A stretch of 64,000 nt of DNA from a virus. The notes under the pieces were generated by a model. The model was not told where the DNA came from. It was given only the letters and a program-made list of their open reading frames with translations, and did not search any database. The stretch lies in IMG/VR virus record IMGVR_UViG_3300042346_000326, positions 1-64,000 of that record, one strand, 5' to 3'. Position 1 is the first letter of the stretch; each line of letters starts with the position of its first letter. The position numbers and the translations under genes are program-made. Below, in pieces: positions 56,307 through 64,000 of the stretch.

Positions 56307-56813
56307 ATGATTGTTAGCCTTAGTAAAGAAGAAGTCCGTGCATGTGCGGACATTGCGTTAAATCGTTGGATGATGAAGTGGGGCTCTATTGACCGCCCTA
56401 ATTATGCTGGCGATAATAAAGCAAAACTAGAACCAGAAATTGCAGCCAACGTTAGAACTATCGTTGCAGAATACGCTGTGGCAAAACTTTATAAAATGCC
56501 ACTAACATTTCCGTTCTATCCAAATGAAGAACATCCATTTAGACAGCACATTCCTGATGTTGGCTCTAATGTTGAGGTTAAGAGTGTTAGAACACGAGAT
56601 GAGATTCCAGTCTTTCCTAAAGACATTAAACCTGGTCGCCTTCTCGTGGGCGCACGCGTACTCGACCGCGACTACTACTCAGAGGTAGAGGTATACGGTT
56701 GGCTACGAATGGAAGATGTGCAACGAGATGAATGGAAATACGTACCAGAGGGTTCATGGCGTATTCCATTGACTGAGTTCAACGACTCAATACCAGAGGT
56801 CGTGTATGTCTAA
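56307..56813 (+). CDS. Hypothetical PD-(D/E)XK-like protein
   Basis: AEYAVAK...PDVG...VEVKS...VYGW. Confidence 0.55.
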   Translation: MIVSLSKEEVRACADIALNRWMMKWGSIDRPNYAGDNKAKLEPEIAANVRTIVAEYAVAKLYKMPLTFPFYPNEEHPFRQHIPDVGSNVEVKSVRTRDEIPVFPKDIKPGRLLVGARVLDRDYYSEVEVYGWLRMEDVQRDEWKYVPEGSWRIPLTEFNDSIPEVVYV

Positions 56814-57069
56814 GACACAGGATAAGAGAAAGCAGAAAAAAATAGAACACGCAGAATTTATATGGAGGCAAGCGCAACTAAAGGCTGCCCTTGCCAAAAC
56901 AGAGTTAGACCTAGCCATAGAGACGTTTAAGGAATTTACAGGAGAAATGACAGAAGAACAGATAAAACAGACCGAAGAGAAGACCCAAGAGCAGTACAAG
57001 CGCATCGAGGAGTACCTCATGAGCGAAAAAGAATTGTATTTAGAACGTATGGGTATCCAACACGACTGA
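56806..57069 (+). CDS. Hypothetical coiled-coil protein
   Basis: Overlapping ORF. Confidence 0.5.
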   Translation: MSKTQDKRKQKKIEHAEFIWRQAQLKAALAKTELDLAIETFKEFTGEMTEEQIKQTEEKTQEQYKRIEEYLMSEKELYLERMGIQHD

Positions 57070-57079
57070 TAATTGTCCT

Positions 57080-57280
57080 GTGCTAAAACTTACTCTTGCT
57101 CTAGTGACCTCTGCAGCACTTTTGACTGGCTGCGGGTATGACGGTCACTTTAGATACCCTTGCCAAGACCCTACAAATTGGGAAACAGCAGAATGCAAGC
57201 CACCTATCTGTACTGCTTCAGGAACCTGTCCTGTAGACTTAGTAAAGACCCCTCAACCAAAAGGCCCACCAAATGAGTAA
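57080..57280 (+). CDS. Small Cys-rich lipoprotein
   Basis: Lipobox LLTG-C; RYPCQDP.NW...C.PP.C. Confidence 0.75.
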   Translation: MLKLTLALVTSAALLTGCGYDGHFRYPCQDPTNWETAECKPPICTASGTCPVDLVKTPQPKGPPNE

Positions 57281-57683
57281 AGAACGCTTATCACCACAAG
57301 ACCTAGACGCTAGATTAAAGTTTATTTTAGGAATCACACTAGGAACAATTCTTCTATGCACATCATTAGGCATTCTTTACGGCCTCCTATTTGTGACACA
57401 GCCAATAGGTGCTCAGTCTGAGAACGACAAGATGTTCTTTAACGTTCTAGGAAGCGTAGCAACGTTTATCACAGGTACCCTGGCTGGTCTTCTTATTGGT
57501 CAGAGCGGTGCCAAAGATGTCATGAAAGCAGTTCAAGACAATAAAGAAATTGATGCCAAGAATACAAGAGAAGACAAGAAATTAGAAGCAGAGATTGATG
57601 CTACAGCAGCACGTCTAGCAGCAAAGCCAGATGGCGCAATGCCAGAGGAACAGCCTGTTGATACAGATTGGGACAAAGACTAA
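57273..57683 (+). CDS. Two-TM membrane protein (possible holin)
   Basis: Two hydrophobic helices; coupled to endolysin. Confidence 0.55.
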   Translation: MSKERLSPQDLDARLKFILGITLGTILLCTSLGILYGLLFVTQPIGAQSENDKMFFNVLGSVATFITGTLAGLLIGQSGAKDVMKAVQDNKEIDAKNTREDKKLEAEIDATAARLAAKPDGAMPEEQPVDTDWDKD

Positions 57684-58234
57684 TGGCAGACCAAGGAACA
57701 GCAGCACGCCTTATTGAAGTTGCTAAAGCAGAAATTGGCGTTATCGAAGGACCAAAAGATAATGAGACTAAGTACGGTGCTTATACTAAAGCCAACTTCC
57801 AACCATGGTGTGGTTCTTTTGTTATGTGGTGTGGCAACGAGGCTGGAGTAAAGATTCCTAACACTGTATACACACCAAGTGGAGCAGCGGCATTTAAGAA
57901 GGCTGGTGCATGGATTGACGGAGATGTTGCAGACCCAGAACCAGGAGATATAGCCTATTTTGATTTCCCATCAGATGGCGTCGATAGGATTTCTCACGTA
58001 GGTATTGTTATTAAAGACAATGAAGATGGCACTGTTTGGTGTATCGAAGGCAACACATCTTCTAAGAAGTCTGGAAGTCAAAGAAATGGTGGAGAGGTCT
58101 GCAAACAACTTCGGGCCTATAAGAAGAACAAGGCTAACGTAATGATTTCAATTGTTGGTTTTGGTCGTCCAAAGTTTAAAAAGACAGCAGAAAAAACTGA
58201 ATCTTCTACCAAGTGTCCTACTTGCGGTAAGTAA
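57683..58234 (+). CDS. CHAP-domain endolysin
   Basis: PWCGSFV, PGDIAYF, SHVGIV, IEGNT, GFGRP. Confidence 0.88.
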   Translation: MADQGTAARLIEVAKAEIGVIEGPKDNETKYGAYTKANFQPWCGSFVMWCGNEAGVKIPNTVYTPSGAAAFKKAGAWIDGDVADPEPGDIAYFDFPSDGVDRISHVGIVIKDNEDGTVWCIEGNTSSKKSGSQRNGGEVCKQLRAYKKNKANVMISIVGFGRPKFKKTAEKTESSTKCPTCGK

Positions 58235-58277
58235 CAATGACTCTTCCTACCAAGAAGAAAAAAATAATAGCCCGTAT

Positions 58278-58409
58278 TTAAGGTTTAGTTGCCGCTAACC
58301 GTTTTCCACACGAAGCACACATTGTGTAGGTATATCCTGTAAATGGACAGGCTATGGCTTCTTTAACTCTGTGTCTACAAAAAGTCTGTTTTATAAGTTG
58401 TTTGAACAT
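58278..58409 (-). CDS. Small Zn-binding protein (43 aa)
   Basis: FCRH...CPFTG...CASC; not in ORF track. Confidence 0.45.
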   Translation of the reverse strand: MFKQLIKQTFCRHRVKEAIACPFTGYTYTMCASCGKRLAATKP

Positions 58410-58453
58410 GGGTTGACCATAACATACTCGTTTTTATAGGGCAAACTAGTAGG

Positions 58454-58657
58454 GTGACTGTTACAAGTGCTAAGGTAAGCCTAAAAGTAAACGACCGTTG
58501 TGACAAATGCGGTGCTCAGGCAATGATTCGTGCTACTTTACTTACTGGAGAGTTGTACTTCTGTGGGCACCACGCTCGTCAGATTGCAACTCCTCTTGTA
58601 CTTAAATCAATTGAAGTCTATGACCCACAAGGTGTGTTTAATTATGGAAAACAATAG
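58454..58657 (+). CDS. Small actinobacterial-type Zn-finger protein
   Basis: DRCDKCGAQA...LYFCGHH. Confidence 0.7.
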   Translation: MTVTSAKVSLKVNDRCDKCGAQAMIRATLLTGELYFCGHHARQIATPLVLKSIEVYDPQGVFNYGKQ

Positions 58658-59000
58658 ATATGTGCTTGGTCAGGGGATTTTTGGAGGAATTAAGGGAAGT
58701 TATGGTAGATATAGCGTGGGACCTCGTGTGAACAGTCTTTCAACACAGTTTAATGATTACATGGATACTGTAGAAGAAAGTAAACGTCGTCGTTTCAAGA
58801 GAAAAAAAGAATCAGGTTATTCAGGCGCAGGTTTCTGGTTTGGTCTTTACCCAAACATGGTTGCAGGTATGGGCTCAGGAACAGGTGTGATGAATCCTGA
58901 CCAAGTCCCTGCAGATGCTGGTTCTGGACAAACTGCTGCAACAACAGATGGTATGGGAATGGGTGGAACATCTTTTAATGGCGCTGGTGGTGTTAGTTAA
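58644..59000 (+). CDS. Gly-rich hypothetical protein
   Basis: Overlapping ORF. Confidence 0.45.
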   Translation: MENNRYVLGQGIFGGIKGSYGRYSVGPRVNSLSTQFNDYMDTVEESKRRRFKRKKESGYSGAGFWFGLYPNMVAGMGSGTGVMNPDQVPADAGSGQTAATTDGMGMGGTSFNGAGGVS

Positions 59001-59233
59001 TGGATGAAGTATTTGGTTCTCCTAAAATGCAACGACAAACATTACGTGTTAATCAACGTCGTGGAATTAAACAACACTTTGGGTACAACACTAATTTAGG
59101 TTACAAATCAAAAGCAGAACCAAGTGTTGTTTCTTGGAACAATCGTGGTCGTGGTGTACAGGGTGAATCTGTTAACTCACACAATCCTGCTGCGTCTAAA
59201 TTTATAGTGCGAAGAAATTGGAAACCAGTATAA
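59000..59233 (+). CDS. Hypothetical protein
   Basis: TAATG coupling. Confidence 0.5.
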   Translation: MDEVFGSPKMQRQTLRVNQRRGIKQHFGYNTNLGYKSKAEPSVVSWNNRGRGVQGESVNSHNPAASKFIVRRNWKPV

Positions 59234-59277
59234 TTTAAGTCTTGAGGGGTACAAGATAAAAGATTCCGAGGGGTTTC

Positions 59278-61947
59278 TTGAAATTGCTGCGTGCATCCGC
59301 AGAACAATATGGTTTCTTTAGTCGTTTAAACTTTTTACTAGGAGCAGGATTTATTTATCTGCTTCTTTCGATTCTTCCTGCTTATGCAGAGGAAACAACT
59401 TCTGCACCACCTGCGCCACAAGAAACAACAGCGCCAACCCCAGAGCCCACACAAAGTCCAACGTCATCTACTTCTTCTCCTGAACCTTCTCCAACGCCAA
59501 CAGCCGAACCTTCACCGAGCGAAGCATCACCTTCACCAACACAAAGTCCAGAGCCAAGCCCAACCCCAACCCCAACAGAAACCACAGCGCCTGAGACATC
59601 TCCTACTCCTTCCACATCCACTTCGACTGAGCCCGCTCCAAGTCCAACTCCAACGCCAGAATCTTCGCCTGCTTCCACTTCAACTCCGACTCCAACTCCT
59701 GAACCTTCTCCAACTCCAACCGCGACCTCGACTCCAGCGCCAACACCCGCTCCATCTTCTGAGCCGAGTCCAACTCAATCACCGACTCCAGAGCCTTCAC
59801 CTTCCGCTTCAGTGGCTCCGACGCCCATATCCAGCCCAGAACAATCCCCGTCCCCAAGCAATACAACACAAACGCCGACTGCCACCACACCTGAAACACC
59901 TACAGTCACCTCCGTACAAGCAAAAATTGAGACGGCAACTGTAACGCTAAATGCTGCAATTGAATCGTCAACTGTCACACAACAAGCGGCTGCTGCTACT
60001 CAAATAACTGAGGCTCAAACTGCTATCACTGTGGCAGAGAGCGCCACGGTCACTGCTGTTGCTGCGCAGGCTACTGTTAATGCTCTTTTAGATGCGCCAG
60101 AAAACACAAAAGTGTACACAACTGATGGTTATGTGGCTCCCGTTGCTCCGCAAACACCCACAGTTACAACAACAACTTTGCCTGTGATGTACGACGCATC
60201 AACTAAAATTCAAACTCCTTTTGATATAAAAATGGGTGATGTGGTATACAACGGTCAGGGTGCAGATAGCCAAATTTATGTAACTTCAAAGGCAACTATT
60301 ACCTTTGGCACTGGAAACCATATCTGGTGGGATTTCCCTGCTGGACCAAGCATTTCAGTATTTGCCAGCGACTATATGAATGCTGGTCAAGGCACATCTA
60401 CTGTAGTAACTACCACAGATACAACTTTAGAAGTTGATTGGAACCTTAAAAAGTTTGGTGACAACAACAGCCCTATAACTAACATTAATTGGAAAATGAC
60501 TGTCAACCCTACAACTGGGGAATGGACTGGTATAGGAACTGTTGCTGGCAATACTACTAATCTTTGGTATCCGCAACGCACTGGTGTTAGAGAAACTGCA
60601 GGCGAGCCTATAAAACCAATGACAAATGTAACTAATGAGACCATTGCTGCGGCTCAAGAAACAGCGGCAACAAAACTTGCTACCGCAAATGCTTTAGCAA
60701 ATACTGCAGTAGAAAAAGTAGAAACCGCTGTTACAGTTCTTCAAACTCCGATTCCTCAAACTCCGCCGACTCCAACACCTGAGCCAACTCCCGCACCGCA
60801 GCCAGAGCCAACACCACAACCACAGCCAGAGACGCAACCACAGCCAACACCACAACCCGAACCTTCACCTGAACCTCCTACAAATCCGTCAACCGACCCT
60901 GCGCCAACCAATCCAACTCCTGAGCCCACGGTTCCAGGACCTCAACCTGAGCCTCAACCTCAACCAGAGCCTGTTGTACCGCAACCCGAACCAGAGCCTG
61001 AGCCTCCTGTGACGGAAGAGGATGACCCTGAAGAACCTGAAGTTGCTCCAGAGAATCCTGAAGAGTCTTCTGAAGAGGAAACAGAAAGTCAGGAAGAGGC
61101 TCCAGAGGATTCTCCTGAAGATGACACTCCCGAAGACACTCAAGACGATTCAGAGAGTCCTCAAGACACTCCTGAATCTTCCGATAATCAACAGCCAGAC
61201 TCATCAGAAGACCCTACAGACTCAGAAACAGAACCGACCCCAACAGAAGAAGAGACACAGCCCATATCGCCTGAAGAAGGCGACGAAACTGACGAGTCTT
61301 CTGTCGAACCCCAACCTGAAGAATCAGAAGAGCCAGAAACAGACAACCAAGAGCAATATAATCAGTCGGAAGAAACACAAGATACTCCTATCGTTGAACC
61401 AAGTAACCCAGAGCCTACACCAGAAACAGTTATCTCCGACGCACTTTCTGACGGTCAATTAACAACCGAAGAAAAAGAAGTCATAGTTACTGCTTTGGTC
61501 GCTAGTCTAGCACCAGGTGAGGCTATCTCTAGCGAAACTTTAATAGAGGCTGGAATTACTTATGAAGACTTACCTCCACAAACACCTGTTGACGTTAGAA
61601 CCGATGAGAACGGTAATGCAGTTATTATTACTGCAGAAGTTGCAGCCGCCCTTGAACTAATCGAAAATCCATCTGAATTAATTGGCGAATTATTTACTGA
61701 CCCAGGTCAAGTTCTTCTTGCACTGGGAAGTATCGGTGCAGATATGTCAGAAGAAGAACGAGAAGAAGCAACAAAGATGGTCGTAGCAACTGTAGTCGCT
61801 GCAGGTGCTGCTATTAATGCTGCAACAACCGCAGCAGCCGCAGCAGCCGCTGCTGCAACAACAACGGGAGGGTCAACTGGAGGCAGTAGTTCAGGTGGCG
61901 GAGCGCCAACTGGAGATAGCAAGGCAGTTAGGAGACGCCGCAAATGA
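59278..61947 (+). CDS. Large Pro/Thr/Glu-rich exported membrane-anchored protein
   Basis: Signal peptide (LPAYA), PT/PS repeats, beta-rich domain, PEPQ and acidic repeats, C-terminal hydrophobic helix then RRRK. Confidence 0.75.
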   Translation: MKLLRASAEQYGFFSRLNFLLGAGFIYLLLSILPAYAEETTSAPPAPQETTAPTPEPTQSPTSSTSSPEPSPTPTAEPSPSEASPSPTQSPEPSPTPTPTETTAPETSPTPSTSTSTEPAPSPTPTPESSPASTSTPTPTPEPSPTPTATSTPAPTPAPSSEPSPTQSPTPEPSPSASVAPTPISSPEQSPSPSNTTQTPTATTPETPTVTSVQAKIETATVTLNAAIESSTVTQQAAAATQITEAQTAITVAESATVTAVAAQATVNALLDAPENTKVYTTDGYVAPVAPQTPTVTTTTLPVMYDASTKIQTPFDIKMGDVVYNGQGADSQIYVTSKATITFGTGNHIWWDFPAGPSISVFASDYMNAGQGTSTVVTTTDTTLEVDWNLKKFGDNNSPITNINWKMTVNPTTGEWTGIGTVAGNTTNLWYPQRTGVRETAGEPIKPMTNVTNETIAAAQETAATKLATANALANTAVEKVETAVTVLQTPIPQTPPTPTPEPTPAPQPEPTPQPQPETQPQPTPQPEPSPEPPTNPSTDPAPTNPTPEPTVPGPQPEPQPQPEPVVPQPEPEPEPPVTEEDDPEEPEVAPENPEESSEEETESQEEAPEDSPEDDTPEDTQDDSESPQDTPESSDNQQPDSSEDPTDSETEPTPTEEETQPISPEEGDETDESSVEPQPEESEEPETDNQEQYNQSEETQDTPIVEPSNPEPTPETVISDALSDGQLTTEEKEVIVTALVASLAPGEAISSETLIEAGITYEDLPPQTPVDVRTDENGNAVIITAEVAAALELIENPSELIGELFTDPGQVLLALGSIGADMSEEEREEATKMVVATVVAAGAAINAATTAAAAAAAAATTTGGSTGGSSSGGGAPTGDSKAVRRRRK

Positions 61948-62111
61948 TAAAGTTCCTTAAAGATATGCTAGACCAACTTTGGACACTTTTGGGTATGTTT
62001 ATTGCTTGGATTGTGCTCGATGGAAGTGCAAAAGACGTGGTTGGTTGGGCAACAATCGGAACTCTCGTTGCATGGATTGCAACGTATCCCCTGCGCAACC
62101 GCGAAGATTAA
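61944..62111 (+). CDS. Small two-TM membrane protein (55 aa)
   Basis: ATGA-coupled to the large surface protein; DQLWTLLGMFIAWIVLDGSAK; not in ORF track. Confidence 0.6.
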   Translation: MIKFLKDMLDQLWTLLGMFIAWIVLDGSAKDVVGWATIGTLVAWIATYPLRNRED

Positions 62112-62153
62112 GAGATTATTTACCTTGAGAAGGGCATCTCATTTAGGAGATAT

Positions 62154-62348
62154 ATGGATAAGAAAGCACTAGAAGCAGCAGCAGCCACGTACTTACGTGC
62201 CGCTGCAGCAGCAGTTGCCGCTCTGTACATGAGCGGTATCACAGACCCAAAGACTTTGCTCAATGCATTTATTGCAGGTCTTCTCGGCCCATTGGCTAAA
62301 GCACTAAATCCAAAAGACCCGTCATACGGGTTCGGCAAGAAGAAATAA
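62154..62348 (+). CDS. Holin-like small membrane protein
   Basis: TYLRAAAAAVAALYM...ALNPKDPSYG. Confidence 0.6.
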   Translation: MDKKALEAAAATYLRAAAAAVAALYMSGITDPKTLLNAFIAGLLGPLAKALNPKDPSYGFGKKK

Positions 62349-62363
62349 CACTGAGGTAGATAG

Positions 62364-62747
62364 ATGGCGCTTGAGGCAATTGCTGGTGTAGTAATTCTTT
62401 TTGCATCAGTCTTTACAGCCTTGGGCGTCATCTTTCGCCCAGGCTACATAAGGATTAAAGAATTAGGAGAATGGTTCGACCATTTTAAGAGAGATTGGAT
62501 GGGCGAAGAAGAGGCTCCTGGTAGAGACGCTGTTCCTGGGGTTATGGAGAGGCTAAATAAACTCGATGGCGAATTAAGCCAGAATAGTGGGAAGTCTACA
62601 AAAGACGTAGTCAACAAAATGCTCTATAAACAAGAAAAGATGGAAGAGAAGGTCGACATAATGCTTGAGGCCTTCGTAGAGATGGGCGAGCGTCTTATCA
62701 AGATTGAAGACCACGTAGCCAAAAGCCATCCTGAAGATACCAAATAA
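62364..62747 (+). CDS. Membrane protein with coiled coil
   Basis: N-terminal TM; DWMGEEEAPG...PGVMERL...NSGKS. Confidence 0.6.
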   Translation: MALEAIAGVVILFASVFTALGVIFRPGYIRIKELGEWFDHFKRDWMGEEEAPGRDAVPGVMERLNKLDGELSQNSGKSTKDVVNKMLYKQEKMEEKVDIMLEAFVEMGERLIKIEDHVAKSHPEDTK

Positions 62748-62776
62748 ACTATCTAACTTTACGAGAAGATTAGGTC

Positions 62777-63187
62777 ATGGTAGATATTCCTTCACGTGAT
62801 TGGAATCCCTTTCTTTGGGCTGGAAGTAAGTTAAGAACACCAACAAAGCCTGTAAAGAAGACTAACGAAACTGCAGGATTGCGCTCTCAACAAAGTTCAG
62901 AGACTCAATCAACTGCAAGTAAGGCTGGTGGAGTTCTTGATGTTCATTTTCAAGGAACATTAACTGCTCCATCTCAAAAGGGTGCGGGACACAAGGCATG
63001 GCTTGGACCTGTTGTTCCTCCAAAACCAAAAAGTTTAGAAGGAGTTCCATCTGTACGCAGAGGAAAGAGTGGACTTGAGGCAAACCCTGAATATCGAGAA
63101 GTTAAACGTAAGATTCAGCACTTCGAAGAAGCAGTAAACGCTGCAAAGGGTAACCCTCATCGTATTGAATTTACGGGTGGAATATAA
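62777..63187 (+). CDS. Hypothetical protein
   Basis: ORF. Confidence 0.5.
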   Translation: MVDIPSRDWNPFLWAGSKLRTPTKPVKKTNETAGLRSQQSSETQSTASKAGGVLDVHFQGTLTAPSQKGAGHKAWLGPVVPPKPKSLEGVPSVRRGKSGLEANPEYREVKRKIQHFEEAVNAAKGNPHRIEFTGGI

Positions 63188-63522
63188 TGCCAGCCTTCTT
63201 AAATAAAGACGATATGTCATACGAACACTTTAATATTGGTTCTGACTCTCAAGTTTCTCCTTTAACAGAAAAGGACAGAGATATCATTCGGTTTTCTGCT
63301 CGTAAATTTAAGAGCGTAATCGACAGAGACACCGCTATTAATACAAAGTTTGGATTAAGTTCTGTAGACTACTTTAGAAAGTTAGAGGCGGTTAAAGACC
63401 ATCCACATTTGAGTAAACGAGTACGTGGAAGAGTCGGAGAACTATTCTCTACTCCTGGTCCCATGACTGGAGGCACTCCTATCATGGACAGCAAACAATT
63501 CTCACATGGAGTGAACTGGTAA
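63187..63522 (+). CDS. DUF3263-like protein
   Basis: LTEKDRDIIRF...AINTKFGLSSVDYFRKL. Confidence 0.55.
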   Translation: MPAFLNKDDMSYEHFNIGSDSQVSPLTEKDRDIIRFSARKFKSVIDRDTAINTKFGLSSVDYFRKLEAVKDHPHLSKRVRGRVGELFSTPGPMTGGTPIMDSKQFSHGVNW

Positions 63523-63800
63523 TGGCAAAAAAAGTGGAAGCATGGCAACGTAAAGAAGGTAAGAACCCTAAAGGTGGCCTCAATGAAAAGGGCCGTAAGT
63601 CATACGAACGAGCAAACCCTGGTTCTGACCTCAAACCTCCTGTAAAGCGTGAACAGGCAAAGAAGTCCAAGAAGTCTGCTGCGCGACGTAAATCATTCTG
63701 CGCTAGGATGGAAGGCATGAAGAGAAAGAACACCTCTTCAAAGACTGCTAGAGACCCTAACAGTCGGATTAATAAATCACTACGAGCATGGGACTGTTAA
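63522..63800 (+). CDS. Basic phage protein
   Basis: AWQRKEGKNPKGGLNEKGR...RRKSFCARM...SLRAWDC. Confidence 0.65.
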   Translation: MAKKVEAWQRKEGKNPKGGLNEKGRKSYERANPGSDLKPPVKREQAKKSKKSAARRKSFCARMEGMKRKNTSSKTARDPNSRINKSLRAWDC

Positions 63801-63977
63801 ATGTTTACAAAACTACTTATTAAACTTGGCTTAAAGAAAGACCCAAAAGCAATTGTTGCAAATCTATTGAAAGAACTTGATGCAATAGAATCTGTAAAGG
63901 TAATTCCAGCAAAAAAGAAGGCTACAGCAAAGAAGACGGCTCCTGCCAAAAAGAAGACGGCAAAGAAGGCTAAATAA
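63801..63977 (+). CDS. Small protein with histone-H1-like AKK tail
   Basis: PAKKKATAKKTAPAKKKTAKKAK; not in ORF track. Confidence 0.5.
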   Translation: MFTKLLIKLGLKKDPKAIVANLLKELDAIESVKVIPAKKKATAKKTAPAKKKTAKKAK

Positions 63978-64000
63978 TGAAATGCGCTAACTGCGATTCT

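Noticed and set aside
59380-61440. DNA tandem repeats and long alternative-frame or antisense ORFs
   Set aside because: By-product of Pro/Thr/Glu low-complexity coding in the 889-aa gene
1-64000. tRNA genes, stop-codon recoding, reverse transcriptase/DGR
   Set aside because: No cloverleaf or T-loop noticed in intergenic gaps by eye; genes are full-length in the standard code; no RT motif seen

Overview
A 64-kb segment of a tailed dsDNA phage with a contractile-tail baseplate, very probably infecting Actinobacteria (two WhiB genes, leaderless TANNNT promoters, a proteasome-beta-like gene). Layout: tail/baseplate (1-9.5 kb, +); replication/recombination (10.4-25.5 kb: initiator, DnaC-like loader, DnaB, primase, SNF2, SSB, PolA, RecA, resolvases, Cas4-like nuclease); many small unknown ORFs (25.9-32.8 kb); nucleotidyltransferase/HAD/TGT-like genes and a class II RNR (32.8-38.7 kb); a minus-strand block (38.7-49.9 kb: SLT, tyrosine integrase, excisionase-like HTH, DenV-like glycosylase, WhiB, HNH, vWA + MoxR); a ~1.5-kb non-coding region (49.3-50.8 kb); a cluster of small GNAT/ADP-ribosyltransferase/papain-like genes (51.2-54.9 kb); then proteostasis, lysis and membrane genes. 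Top leads: (1) the small enzymes at 51.2-54.9 kb have unrelated folds but share an N-terminal (N)L(S/G)x(x)(Q/E)(F/L/W) tag, suggesting a tagged set of virion-packaged effectors; (2) a ~530-580 nt highly structured candidate ncRNA heads the minus-strand operon; (3) the ~39-50.8 kb block appears scrubbed of extra palindromic restriction-type words, with a sharp edge near 50.8 kb, suggesting it is the first-injected genome end. All calls come from reading motifs by eye; no searches or folding programs were run.
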